Positions 50,391 to 60,713 of a DNA stretch of 64,000 bases are shown here, piece after piece. Within the stretch, counting starts at the first letter, position 1; each line of letters opens with the position of its first letter. Both the position numbers and the translations under genes were made by a program. Origin of the DNA: an uncultured Actinomycetes bacterium (GTDB taxonomy: Bacteria; SZUA-79; Acidulodesulfobacterales; Acidulodesulfobacteraceae); contig CAZVZU010000009.1 of the NCBI GenBank assembly GCA_964631685.1, positions 24,807 through 88,806 on the forward strand, in the 5' to 3' direction. The notes below the pieces were generated by a model. It ran no database searches. It saw nothing but the letters and a program-made list of their open reading frames with translations, and was not told where the DNA came from.

Positions 50391-51452
50391 GTGAAAACAT
50401 TACAGATAAGGTTGTATGTAATTTTTAACCTATTCTTCCTTAACAGAGAAAAATTTATTAAAAATATTATATCTGCCATACCTACGGAGTATAAAAATAT
50501 TGCAAACTTAAGCGACATAGAATTCACTATTTTTGCATACTTCTCATATAAATATACCCACGCATCCCAAGAAGAAAAAAAGATTTACGAAAAAAGCGGC
50601 ATAATGATTTCGTATAAAGAGTTAAATAGACTGTATATTTCCACGCCGCATCTTGCGACGGTATTAAAGGGTTTGCAGAGCCAAAAACTTATCAGTAAAG
50701 CAACTTTAAACGAAGATAAACGTAAGACTAACTATATTTTGTCTTACAATGAATTTAAAAAATTTAACGATATAAACGTGAGTACTCTAGATTTTTTAAA
50801 TTTTAATATATCTGACACCACTGCTATTGATAATTTATTACATGGAACGATAGCGCTACTTAAAAGCAATGACATAGTAAATGATATTCAAGAAAAAAAC
50901 CTTGAAGGTTTCTTAAATAATGCTGATAACTATTTTAAATTTTATTACATAATTCTTGCCCTATGGGCAAGCAGATATCTCATAAATAACTTTAAGACCA
51001 AGTTAATGGGTCCATCTGAATTTATGGTTTATGCGATGATAATCAAATTTTACATCAAAAGTGACAAGAAACCCATTACTACCAAAAAAATCAGAGAGGC
51101 AACGGGACTTGCTCCCTCCATTATTAGTCAAAGTTTTAAGAAGTTCATTGACGAGGGTGTAATTACAAGAAAAGAAATTAACAAGTTTAAGGTTCATTTT
51201 TATGTAAACAAAAGAAAACTTGAAAAAAAACTTACAATTGATACTGTACTTATTAGCGAAATAACAAAGTATATTAAGAATGATGATAAAAAAGGTTTTG
51301 AACAATTTGTCAATAAATTAAATACAGCAGTGGTAAATAAATTGAGCGACATAGATGTAAATAAGATATGCTCTAACAAAGAATGCAATATGGATATTCC
51401 GTTAATTTCCGGACTTAGATACTGCCCTTATTGCGGGGCAAAAGTCATTTAA
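50391..51452 (+). CDS. Putative tandem winged-helix (MarR-like) regulator with C-terminal zinc ribbon
   Basis: Two HTH-wing-like segments (ISTPHLATVLKGLQSQKLISK...EDKRK; TKKIREATGLAPSIISQSFKKFIDEGVI); C-terminal CSNKEC...CPYCG. Confidence 0.6.
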   Translation: MKTLQIRLYVIFNLFFLNREKFIKNIISAIPTEYKNIANLSDIEFTIFAYFSYKYTHASQEEKKIYEKSGIMISYKELNRLYISTPHLATVLKGLQSQKLISKATLNEDKRKTNYILSYNEFKKFNDINVSTLDFLNFNISDTTAIDNLLHGTIALLKSNDIVNDIQEKNLEGFLNNADNYFKFYYIILALWASRYLINNFKTKLMGPSEFMVYAMIIKFYIKSDKKPITTKKIREATGLAPSIISQSFKKFIDEGVITRKEINKFKVHFYVNKRKLEKKLTIDTVLISEITKYIKNDDKKGFEQFVNKLNTAVVNKLSDIDVNKICSNKECNMDIPLISGLRYCPYCGAKVI

Positions 51453-51454
51453 AG

Positions 51455-52054
51455 ATGCCAATTATTCTAACCGGAGCAATTTATATTTTAGCATCTTATT
51501 TGGCAGGAAGTTTTCCAACCTCGGCCATAATTGCCAAACTCAATGGCGTTGCCGACCTCACTAAAGAGGGAAGTGGTAATCTTGGCGCTACTAATGTTTC
51601 TAGGATTATCGGCAAGAAATTTGGGGTCATTACGCTAATAATAGACGCAAGTAAAGGGTTTGTGCCCGTATTTTTTGCAATGAGATTATTTCCGGCGCAC
51701 TTAATTATTTTATCCCTGATCATTATTGCCCCTGTGATAGGTCACTGCTATTCCGTATTTGTAAAATTCAAAGGCGGAAAGGGGGTCGCCGCTGCACTGG
51801 GAATATTTATAGCCATATCGCCTGAGGCCGTCCTGATAGCGTTCTTGATATTTGCAACAATACTATTTTTTGCCAGATATGTATCTCTCGCATCTATAGT
51901 AAGTGCTTTTCTTATGCCGTTTCTGATATTTTACGCACTAAAAAATGTATATATATTCTCCGCATCCGTACTCATCTCCGCCCTAATAATATACAAGCAT
52001 TCCCCTAATATAAGGAGGCTGTTAAGCGGCACCGAGCATAAAATAAAAAAATAG
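51455..52054 (+). CDS. plsY: Glycerol-3-phosphate acyltransferase
   Basis: YLAGSFP, GSGNLGATN, DASKG, GHCYS...KGGKGVA, KHSPNI.RL..GTE. Confidence 0.95.
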   Translation: MPIILTGAIYILASYLAGSFPTSAIIAKLNGVADLTKEGSGNLGATNVSRIIGKKFGVITLIIDASKGFVPVFFAMRLFPAHLIILSLIIIAPVIGHCYSVFVKFKGGKGVAAALGIFIAISPEAVLIAFLIFATILFFARYVSLASIVSAFLMPFLIFYALKNVYIFSASVLISALIIYKHSPNIRRLLSGTEHKIKK

Positions 52055-52072
52055 TATTCCCAACCATCTACC

Positions 52073-52795
52073 CTATCTTGCACTTACCATAACCAGCTTA
52101 GAGCTCAATGCAACAACCTTATCGTTGACCTTAATGATCGCCTCATATATATAAACATTAGGTGTATTTTTGGGAATTGCAAGATATAAGTTGGTCTTGT
52201 AATAGCCCTCTTTTTTGATGTTGGTACTTGTAGTGTGGGTATAGAAAACTTTTCCATCTAATCCTTTTAGCACCCTAGTTTCTTGTATGGAATAATTCTT
52301 GACAATTTCGGGCGCCCCCAAGACATCATATTCCATAACTAGGTTAATATTATTACCCACCACCACAGACTTGGGAACGGTTAAAAGCTCCAGATTGGAT
52401 ATAAGTACGCCTTTTACCTTATGGAAGTTGATTTTATGGCGTCCGGCAGGCTCATAAACAAATCTATTGCTTGCCAGCACATACGGCGCATTAAGCATGG
52501 AGATGCCCCTAATGTGACCCTCTCTTGTAACAACATATTTTCCGGTTATATAACCTACGCCGTACCCGATGGACAACCCTGCCGCAGTTCCGATTATTGC
52601 GCCTATTGGTCCGCCTGCTAAAGCACCCACAATAAAACCAGTACCGGCTCCAAATATTGCGCCTGTTGCTCCGCTCGCGGCCGTCGCCCTTGATGTGGCG
52701 CACCCGCTAAGAGAAGAAGAGGCAATAAAAACAGAAAGCAAAAGAATAATTACTAAACCAAACTTTCTTTTAACATTAGTTTCATTGTTTTTCAT
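52073..52795 (-). CDS. Glycine-zipper lipoprotein with a beta-rich C-terminal domain
   Basis: Signal peptide with lipobox LSGC; GATGAIFGAGTGFIVGALAGG glycine zipper. Confidence 0.7.
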   Translation of the reverse strand: MKNNETNVKRKFGLVIILLLSVFIASSSLSGCATSRATAASGATGAIFGAGTGFIVGALAGGPIGAIIGTAAGLSIGYGVGYITGKYVVTREGHIRGISMLNAPYVLASNRFVYEPAGRHKINFHKVKGVLISNLELLTVPKSVVVGNNINLVMEYDVLGAPEIVKNYSIQETRVLKGLDGKVFYTHTTSTNIKKEGYYKTNLYLAIPKNTPNVYIYEAIIKVNDKVVALSSKLVMVSAR

Positions 52796-52991
52796 ACCCT
52801 AAAATCCTCCAACAGTAGTTTATATTTAATAAGGCTCATTAAATAGCCATGTTTATCTTAACACCCTATTATGTCGTATTGTACCATATATTTATTCGTT
52901 TTTAAATTTATTTTCTTCATGCCGCAATCGTTATAAACAGTCGTAATGACCCCCTCTAATATCTCATTCATGTTCGCATATTATACAAAAA

Positions 52992-53426
52992 TTAAGGCCC
53001 TGTAGATCCGAATCCGGCATCGTTTCTTGCAGTATCCCCATTCACATTTCTAACCTGGTTAGGCTCGCCCGTCCAGACCGGCATTATCAACATCTGCGCT
53101 ATCTTTTGCCCCGGCAGCATGCTTATGCTTTCCTTAGACTTATTTTTGGCCAGTACTATAACTTCGCCCCTGTATCCGTGATCTATTACCCCTGCCTTTA
53201 TCTCTAACTCCTTTAACGCTAGTCCGGACTTTTCTTTTATGATCGCGGCGTATCCCACTGGGAATTCAATTTTAATGCCGGTACGTACAGGCATTAAAAC
53301 ATTCGGCATTAGAACTGTCTTTTCGCAAACGCATAAATCCAACCCCGCATCGCCATTAACAGCCCTTTTAGGTATAACAGCCTTGAGATGAAACAGTTCA
53401 ACGTTTAGATAAAACTTTTCAAACAT
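52992..53426 (-). CDS. dut: dUTP diphosphatase
   Basis: DAGLDL, KSGLA, GVIDHGYRGE, KIAQM, RNDAGFGSTG. Confidence 0.95.
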   Translation of the reverse strand: MFEKFYLNVELFHLKAVIPKRAVNGDAGLDLCVCEKTVLMPNVLMPVRTGIKIEFPVGYAAIIKEKSGLALKELEIKAGVIDHGYRGEVIVLAKNKSKESISMLPGQKIAQMLIMPVWTGEPNQVRNVNGDTARNDAGFGSTGP

Positions 53427-53535
53427 AATATTTAATATCCTCCTATTAAAGTGTTGTATATTTTAGACTATTACTTATACCCTTAAATTCATATATAAAC
53501 AAGTATCAAAAAGAAACATGTTTGCATAAAATAGC

Positions 53536-53564
53536 TTGACATGGGTAAGCATAAGGGTTTTAAT
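53536..53564 (+). promoter_or_regulatory. Putative sigma70 promoter of the cas operon
   Basis: TTGACA-17 nt-TTTAAT upstream of cas6. Confidence 0.45.
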
Positions 53565-53648
53565 GAAGCTCAGTCGATCGCAAGCGTTAGGTTATTATAA
53601 TTAAAGCACCTCATTATAGAATAATTATCTGAAGATTTAGATAAACGC

Positions 53649-54593
53649 ATGTTCAAGTATAACAAATATACGTTTCATTTAACATTAGAACGGGAGATCG
53701 CATTTAGATCCCCGGCGTCGTTTATCTTCCGTAATAACATAGGGCTTCAACTAAGAAAGCTTACCTGCATACTAAGGCGTTCCGAGTGCGGTTCGTGCAT
53801 CATAAACAAGACTTGTATTTACTCCTCCGTATTTGAAACCACAATAGATAAAGATAATGAAATTATAAGGGGCAGGGATAAAGCCTCTCATCCCTATATA
53901 GTGTATTCAGACACCCCTACCGGCGTAAAGACAAAGCAGGTTAATATTGACATTACCCTAATAGGCGTTGCCGTAGATTATTTTCCTTATATCCTCCTTG
54001 CGCTGATTAATACCGGCAAATCGGGCATTTTGAGCCAAAGAATCCATTTTGACATAGACAATGTTTTGTGCCGCGGACAATATGCGCTGAACAAAAAAGG
54101 TGATTATTGCGAAAATATCGATCCACTCATATGGGATTGGGACAAAAACTTGGATGGAGAGAATAATAAAAGCGTAAAAGACCTAGAATTAGCATTGCTA
54201 TCGCCGTTAAGGGTAAAATACAAGGGCAAATACATCTCAAGGTTAACCTATAAAGATATCATCTTCTATGCGGCTCAAAGGCTTAACATGCTTGATAATC
54301 TTTTTGGAAATGGAAGTTTATTGTTAAACGGTTTAATTGCCGATTTGGTTGGTTTTATGGAAAAGGCTTCAATCGGCAAGGAATTATCATCAGATTTAAA
54401 ATGGAACGATTATTCCAGGTTCTCAGCAAGGCAGAATCAAAGCATGCGATTGGGCGGTTTGATGGGGATTATACGCATAACAGGAACATTTTCCGGCGCG
54501 GAGCTATCGCTTTTGAAAGCAGCGGAATTGTTTCATATAGGTAAAAACACCAGTTTCGGATTGGGAAGAATTGAGATTCACGCACATGAGTAA
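53649..54593 (+). CDS. cas6: CRISPR pre-crRNA endoribonuclease Cas6
   Basis: Cys-rich insert (C..C..C..CIY), RFSARQ..M.LGG, C-terminal G-loop HIGKNTSFGLG. Confidence 0.9.
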   Translation: MFKYNKYTFHLTLEREIAFRSPASFIFRNNIGLQLRKLTCILRRSECGSCIINKTCIYSSVFETTIDKDNEIIRGRDKASHPYIVYSDTPTGVKTKQVNIDITLIGVAVDYFPYILLALINTGKSGILSQRIHFDIDNVLCRGQYALNKKGDYCENIDPLIWDWDKNLDGENNKSVKDLELALLSPLRVKYKGKYISRLTYKDIIFYAAQRLNMLDNLFGNGSLLLNGLIADLVGFMEKASIGKELSSDLKWNDYSRFSARQNQSMRLGGLMGIIRITGTFSGAELSLLKAAELFHIGKNTSFGLGRIEIHAHE

Positions 54594-54685
54594 TCTAATA
54601 ATATTGCCCGTTTAGTAGCGAAACAATATTCAACCGTGTCGCTATTTGTTAGCTTATCTTAAAAAACGTAAATAGGGAGGCATAA

Positions 54686-55687
54686 ATGGAAGTTAACTTG
54701 GAAAGATTTAAAGGCGCAAGTCGAGAAACTTACGAACTTGAGGTCTTAACGCCGATGTTTCTCGGCGGAGCCAACCCTCTGGATGCAGAATTAAGAGCCC
54801 CGTCGGTAAAGGGAATGTTGCGATTTTGGTGGAGAGCGACCTACGATACGGACAATGTTGAGACAATGGGGCAACAAGAAGACAAGATATTTGGCTCAAC
54901 AGAGATGAAAGCCAGTTTTTCTATCTCTGTCAGTTCGGATAATGAAATAAGACATATTTTACCATTCGATATATATAAAAAGAAATCGGAACATTTCATC
55001 GTGCATAGTCACCGGGCATACATACTTGATTACCTATCATACGGCACTTATACATATAAAAAAGAGATTAAACAAAATAAATATAATAAATATCATATAC
55101 CGCCGGGAAGCAAGTTTAAGATCAAATTTAGTTTCCACAGCTCTCAATATAGGGATGAAATTATAAAGGCATTTAAGTGCCTTTTGACATTTGGAGGATT
55201 GGGAGCCAAAAACAGAAATGGTTTTGGCTCTATTTATTGCAAAGATATCAATACCGATCTGGACATAAAAAGATTCAACAATAAGAACCTAAGAGACTAT
55301 ACATCGTTTAGTAAAAAATCGAAGATATTTATATTTTCGGAACAAACGTCATGGGAAGAGGCGATATCTGAAATAGGAATGGCCTATCATGACGGCAGAA
55401 CATCAATAGAAAAGCATCATGTATATGACAAAAGAGCTCTGATTGCGGCTCCGTTGCAAGTCAGAAACAGAAATCATGCACATAAGAATGAAGAAAGACA
55501 TGCCAAGCCTTATTTTATGAAGGTTCAAAAACTTCAAAATGGAAAATTTTTAGGCATAATTACATATATCCCGTACAATTATTACGACAAGAGTAAGCAC
55601 GAGGAATATAAGTCGGCCTGCGTTGATATCAATAACATAATTCAAACTAAGGCTAAAGGGGGATTAGATGACACTAAAAAAGCCTGA
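54686..55687 (+). CDS. cmr1: Type III-B RAMP Cmr1
   Basis: TPMFLGGA, ELRAPSVKGMLRFWWR, IFGS, GGLGAKNRNGFGS. Confidence 0.92.
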   Translation: MEVNLERFKGASRETYELEVLTPMFLGGANPLDAELRAPSVKGMLRFWWRATYDTDNVETMGQQEDKIFGSTEMKASFSISVSSDNEIRHILPFDIYKKKSEHFIVHSHRAYILDYLSYGTYTYKKEIKQNKYNKYHIPPGSKFKIKFSFHSSQYRDEIIKAFKCLLTFGGLGAKNRNGFGSIYCKDINTDLDIKRFNNKNLRDYTSFSKKSKIFIFSEQTSWEEAISEIGMAYHDGRTSIEKHHVYDKRALIAAPLQVRNRNHAHKNEERHAKPYFMKVQKLQNGKFLGIITYIPYNYYDKSKHEEYKSACVDINNIIQTKAKGGLDDTKKA

Positions 55688-58379
55688 TGAAGATTATTGG
55701 AACAATAAATTTATTTCATATATGCATGATCCTGTAGATAAAGCCCTTGGCATTCAAGGACATATTGAAAGGGCGAACAATATTTTACAAACGTTCGGCC
55801 TTTCAATGCCAAATGAAGAATCATGGAAAAAAGCAGACGTTATAGCTTCTGGTTTCGAAAGGGGGCAAATTACCGGGTACAAAGCTGATACAGAGACAAG
55901 CGGCTCCGTTGATTTTCTAGAAAGCCCTATAATTACGCACCCCATCGGGGAAAAGAATCAGCTTGAAATAGATTTAAAAAATATTACCAAAAACACTGAA
56001 TTTAACAATCTGTTAAGCTACTTAGAAAATAAAATAGGTATAAAAGCAGGCGGAGGGGGCTACTCCGATAAATTTAAAAATGATCACAAAAACTTTGCCG
56101 CAGCAAGGTTTTTTTATACACACCTTGTATTAAGATTTGGACTCGCATCGGATAAAGGGAGCAGCTTGGGGGCTCTGTGGCACAGACTCCCTGCAGACAC
56201 AAGATTCCCGGATCACAGCATATGGCAGCACAATGCCCTTGTTTCCGCAATAGATTCATGCTTTAGACTTGCAGGAAATCCCGACAATTTAGGGATGATG
56301 TTATTTAGCATAACACCCGTGCAGGGTTTTATTGAAAAAGCCCGAAAATTAAGGGATTATTGGACGGGGTCATTGTTACTGTCATGGCTTGCATTCGAGG
56401 GCATAAGATGGGTAATGGAAAACTTAGGACCAGATCATATACTCTACCCCTCGCTTATAGACCAACCTCTCATAAATGAATATCTTAAAAAAACATGGAA
56501 GGTTGATAAGGATGAAAGTTTTCTGAACCAAAGTAGCGATATCGCATCTTTTCCAAACAAATTTCTCTTTTTAACACCCTTTAATGACGATGCTGCGCTT
56601 AAAATATCGAAGGAAATAGAAAACCATATATTAAAAGAATGGCATAATCTAAACGATTTGGTAATAAAGAGACTCCCCCCTGGACTCAGGAATATTCAGC
56701 TGGTAAAGGATATATTCGCAAGACAAAATAAAAACCTTTGGGATATTCAATGGGTATCGGTCAAGCTTCTTCAAAAAAGCGATAGGCCTCAAATAGAAAG
56801 GCTTTTGTCCGAAAAGAATTTTGGGAATCAATTTGATTTATTGGATAAATTTTTAGAGATGATAAAGGATAAACCGTCCTATGAAAAGTCAGGTAAAGGG
56901 GTGCTCTATTCTACATCACATTCTTTATGCCAATCAGCACTTGCCGCTCGAAAAACACAAAAAAAAGTCAACAGAGAGCCAGAACCCGGCGAAAAATGTT
57001 GCATGTGCGGTGAGTTCGAGGTCTTACATGATATAAAATATGAAACAGGTATGCCGGCAAGCGATTATAATGCGTCTATAAGTAAGTTTTGGGAAAAATT
57101 AAGGGAAGATAACGATTTTAACGATAATGAAAAGTTATGTTCGGTTTGTTTGACGAAACGGCTTGCATATAAGGCTTTAAAAAGCAGTACTGACCATATT
57201 TTAAATGAAACCTTTAAAGATGCGGAAAACTTTCCTTCTACCACATATATGTCTTTACATAATTACTTCGAAAGAGAAAATATTACATCGGAGCAAGACA
57301 AGATATCTGCATCTCAAGATATTTATGAAGAAAAAAATTCGCAAAAATACAAAGGCATCCGCGATAAGGATAGCTACTATGCCATCTTGCTTATGGATGG
57401 AGATTTTATGGGTAAATTGGTCAATGGCGAAACAATATCTTCTACATGGAAGTCCATTATGCACCCGGATATTGTTAAAAAAATAAAGGAGAACAAACTC
57501 GATGGGGATTATAATAAATTATGGACCGATATTTATAATAGCGAAGGTATAAAGAAGAGGCTCTTAACGCCATCGATTCATGCGGCCATATCCGAGTCGC
57601 TTGGAGATTTCGCATTATACGGCGTTGCGCCTATCATAAAAAAATATGACGGAAGGCTTGTATACGCAGGTGGCGATGATGTGTGCGCCATATTGCCGAT
57701 TGATAATGTTTTAAACGCTGCCGATGAGATTAGAAAGTATTACAGCTCCTCATTCAGGCTCATACAAAGGCAAGGTAAGGAAGTAACATCCCTTGAGATC
57801 GAGGCTGATAACGGCAAATGGTCTCCTCAACCCGGAAAACTTTCCGTTAATATCGGCAAGGGTAAACATTTAACAATATCTGCCAGCATACTGATATGCC
57901 ATCATAAAGAAAATTTATCAGAAATGATCAAAACAGCACATAGGCTTTTAGATAAAAAGGCCAAGGATGAAGGCGGACGCAACGCCGTTGCGATAGAATT
58001 GAAAAAAAGAAGTGGCGGAAGCAGATACTTCGTAAGCAGGTGGAATGACGAAAGGCTAAAGGCATTTACGGATTTGATAACGAAAATAAGTATCGGGGAA
58101 GAATTGTCAAGGTCTCTCGCATATAGGTTTTCAGAATTTAGTGACGGAATAGATGCTATCTTAGCTATAAAAGAAGGATGCGGCGAACTTTTAGAACAAT
58201 TTGTTTTGTCACAATTAAAAAAATCAGGCGTAAAAATGACATCGAAACAACAAAAAACATCTTCTAAAACCATAAGCAAGATCATACTGGATAATAACGG
58301 CGCATTTAGCAATGAAGGGCTTATAATAGCGGGATTTTTAGCAAAAAAATATGCTCGAAAAAAGGGGGTACAAGCGTGA
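55668..58379 (+). CDS. cas10: Type III-B Cas10/Cmr2
   Basis: N-terminal HDP.DKAL, PADTRFPDHSIW.H, PVQGFI..AR.LRD.W.GS, zinc finger, MDGD.MG, YAGGDDV. Confidence 0.95.
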   Translation: MTLKKPDEDYWNNKFISYMHDPVDKALGIQGHIERANNILQTFGLSMPNEESWKKADVIASGFERGQITGYKADTETSGSVDFLESPIITHPIGEKNQLEIDLKNITKNTEFNNLLSYLENKIGIKAGGGGYSDKFKNDHKNFAAARFFYTHLVLRFGLASDKGSSLGALWHRLPADTRFPDHSIWQHNALVSAIDSCFRLAGNPDNLGMMLFSITPVQGFIEKARKLRDYWTGSLLLSWLAFEGIRWVMENLGPDHILYPSLIDQPLINEYLKKTWKVDKDESFLNQSSDIASFPNKFLFLTPFNDDAALKISKEIENHILKEWHNLNDLVIKRLPPGLRNIQLVKDIFARQNKNLWDIQWVSVKLLQKSDRPQIERLLSEKNFGNQFDLLDKFLEMIKDKPSYEKSGKGVLYSTSHSLCQSALAARKTQKKVNREPEPGEKCCMCGEFEVLHDIKYETGMPASDYNASISKFWEKLREDNDFNDNEKLCSVCLTKRLAYKALKSSTDHILNETFKDAENFPSTTYMSLHNYFERENITSEQDKISASQDIYEEKNSQKYKGIRDKDSYYAILLMDGDFMGKLVNGETISSTWKSIMHPDIVKKIKENKLDGDYNKLWTDIYNSEGIKKRLLTPSIHAAISESLGDFALYGVAPIIKKYDGRLVYAGGDDVCAILPIDNVLNAADEIRKYYSSSFRLIQRQGKEVTSLEIEADNGKWSPQPGKLSVNIGKGKHLTISASILICHHKENLSEMIKTAHRLLDKKAKDEGGRNAVAIELKKRSGGSRYFVSRWNDERLKAFTDLITKISIGEELSRSLAYRFSEFSDGIDAILAIKEGCGELLEQFVLSQLKKSGVKMTSKQQKTSSKTISKIILDNNGAFSNEGLIIAGFLAKKYARKKGVQA

Positions 58380-59365
58380 TTAGTGATACGTTTTCGTTTA
58401 AACCGACTGATACGTTGTTTTTCAGGGGGGCCGAACCTATGATAATGGGCGAAAGCCATAGTTCAAATTTTAATTTTCCTCCGCCGATTCATACGATAGA
58501 AGGTGCCATAAGAACGCTACTTTATTTTAAGGACAAGGTAAAACATAAGGAATTTATAAGGGCAGGAGAAAAAAAGGGCGGGTTTAGCATATTCGGACCG
58601 ATGTTCCTAGTGGAGAACGAGGTTTACGTTCCGGCGCCATATAACTGGTATAGAGAAAAGGATACAGCAACAAAGATGAAAAAAAATATAAAAACATGCA
58701 CTATGTTTAGGGAAATAGCAAAAGATTCGGCAAGGGTTAATATTATGAAATCTGCGAAGCTTTCTGATGGTATAAATCTTATCAAGACGAAAGATAATGC
58801 TATTTATTGGGTTAAACCTGAAGGTAGTGAACTTGAGTCGTTGGGCGGGAATTGGATGAACGTTAAAGATTTGATTAACGGTTCCGACAATGCGGAGATC
58901 TTTCCCACATCTAATTTTTTTAGCATTGAACCGCGTACGGGTATTGCACTTACAAGCAATAGAACGGTCAGAGAATCTCATATCTATGCCTTCGATCATT
59001 CAAGACTCTTGGAAAATGTTGAAATTTTATTTGCCATTGACCGCGATATCCCGCTCGAAGACAAAGAAATTTTGATGCTGGGGGCGGAACAAAGATTTGG
59101 ATTATTAAGAAGATTAACGAATCAAGTCCTTGAAAACATAGAAAAAGTTTTAGAGGATAGTAGCGACAAGGGTGACTATATGAGCTTGTCTATAGTGCAA
59201 GGAGACTCAAATATAAATGACAATGTTATTGCCACCGGAAAGATTAGATATTTAGGCGGATGGGACTTACACAAAAGATACCATAAGGATATGGTCGGAT
59301 ATTTTCCGGCGGGTACTATCTTTAAAACAAGATGTTGTAACGGGTTAATGCAAATATCAAATTAA
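58376..59365 (+). CDS. cmr3: Type III-B Cmr3
   Basis: P.DTLFFR, FPPP.HT..GA.RT, EPRTGI, LGAEQR, GGWD....K, PAG.IF. Confidence 0.92.
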   Translation: MISDTFSFKPTDTLFFRGAEPMIMGESHSSNFNFPPPIHTIEGAIRTLLYFKDKVKHKEFIRAGEKKGGFSIFGPMFLVENEVYVPAPYNWYREKDTATKMKKNIKTCTMFREIAKDSARVNIMKSAKLSDGINLIKTKDNAIYWVKPEGSELESLGGNWMNVKDLINGSDNAEIFPTSNFFSIEPRTGIALTSNRTVRESHIYAFDHSRLLENVEILFAIDRDIPLEDKEILMLGAEQRFGLLRRLTNQVLENIEKVLEDSSDKGDYMSLSIVQGDSNINDNVIATGKIRYLGGWDLHKRYHKDMVGYFPAGTIFKTRCCNGLMQISN

Positions 59366-59382
59366 TTATATTGGAGGAAGCA

Positions 59383-60321
59383 ATGAAAAACGGTGCCTCA
59401 TCGATTTTAACGCTATATGCAATCTCACAGGTTCACGCCGGAAGTGGGTCTGCAGTGTCTACTGTCGATTTGCCTATACAGAGAGAAAGACATACTAACT
59501 ACCCCTGTATTTACGCTTCATCGCTAAAGGGGGCGATGAGGGCATATTTTAGAGAATTTGGACAGGACAGAACATGTAACGAGCAAACGACTAAATTAAT
59601 CAACTTTATCTTCGGCTCTGACGAACAAGACGGCTGGACAAATAAGGAAGAATCAATCCCGGGGGCAATATCCATATCAGATGCCAAACTTCTTGCATTT
59701 CCCGTAAGATCAAACATAACACCCTTTGTCTACGTAACATGCCCTAATATTATCAATAGGATAGCAAGAGATTTGGAGTTTTTAGGGATAAATGCTGGCA
59801 ATATTGATACGCTGAAGGTTGCAGAAAATAAGGCTAAAATTTTAGTCTCTGATACAAAGAGCGTGGCTAATGGAAGCAGAGTAATTCTTGAAGATGCTGT
59901 CGTAGAGGTTGAAAATGGCGCTGACATAAATTTTATACGACAAAACTTTAAGGCAATATATACTACGATATCGGAAACATCTCAATTGTTATTAATATCC
60001 GATGAAATGTTCGATTATTGCGTTTCATCGTGCACTGAGATACAAACCAACATAAAGATTGATTCAAAAACAGGCACTGCAAAAGAAGGAGCCCTCCGCT
60101 ACCAAGAGTTCCTTCCGTCGGACTCCATTCTTTACAGCGTTATCTATTTTAAAAAGCAGCAATACATGGACAGTCTGATGCCCGAAGCCGTGCAGAAATT
60201 TGTTAAAGACACCATAAAGGATTATATGCAGGTTGGCGGAGATGAAACTCTCGGCAAAGGGATATGTAAAATTGACTGGACCGACAGTAGCAACAAATCT
60301 AAAACGGAGGCTGAAAAATGA
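59383..60321 (+). CDS. cmr4: Type III-B RAMP Cmr4 (target RNase)
   Basis: HAGSG, VDLPIQRERHT (catalytic Asp present), SSLKGA.R, DAKLL.FPVRS, QVGGDETLGKG; RBS supports ATG 59383. Confidence 0.95.
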   Translation: MKNGASSILTLYAISQVHAGSGSAVSTVDLPIQRERHTNYPCIYASSLKGAMRAYFREFGQDRTCNEQTTKLINFIFGSDEQDGWTNKEESIPGAISISDAKLLAFPVRSNITPFVYVTCPNIINRIARDLEFLGINAGNIDTLKVAENKAKILVSDTKSVANGSRVILEDAVVEVENGADINFIRQNFKAIYTTISETSQLLLISDEMFDYCVSSCTEIQTNIKIDSKTGTAKEGALRYQEFLPSDSILYSVIYFKKQQYMDSLMPEAVQKFVKDTIKDYMQVGGDETLGKGICKIDWTDSSNKSKTEAEK

Positions 60322-60692
60322 GAACGATTGGACAGGAAAGATCTGAGTTTGCGCTTAACAAGGTATACGAGGGTCGCAATATAGATAAATTAAAAAATTT
60401 TTCAGCCGGCGCAGCAACGGTTATATTGCAAAACGGTTTTGGGCAAGCCATGGCATTTTGGCTTTCTAAGGCTGATAAAAAGGGCACTGTTGATGATAAA
60501 TATGGATTTATATTTAACGCTATAAAAACGTGGCTTAAAAAGAAATCCTTTATAGACCAATTTGATAATAATAAAGATAAGGAATTCATTTCAAGATTGT
60601 CCACTGTCAGTCAGAGGGAATACCTATCCGCACAGAAAGAGGCAATCCTACTTTTGGAATGGATTAAACGATATGCGTCTGCCTTTTGCTAG
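60318..60692 (+). CDS. cmr5: Type III-B small subunit Cmr5
   Basis: QERS.FAL, ILQNGFGQAMAF, EA..LL.WIKRYA. Confidence 0.92.
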   Translation: MRTIGQERSEFALNKVYEGRNIDKLKNFSAGAATVILQNGFGQAMAFWLSKADKKGTVDDKYGFIFNAIKTWLKKKSFIDQFDNNKDKEFISRLSTVSQREYLSAQKEAILLLEWIKRYASAFC

Positions 60693-60713
60693 GATAAATA
60701 GGAGAGAGCGACA

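Noticed and set aside
52073..53426. dut or the glycine-zipper lipoprotein as CRISPR accessory effectors
   Set aside because: Divergently transcribed, ordinary features, no CARF/SAVED-like domain recognisable; adjacency alone is insufficient
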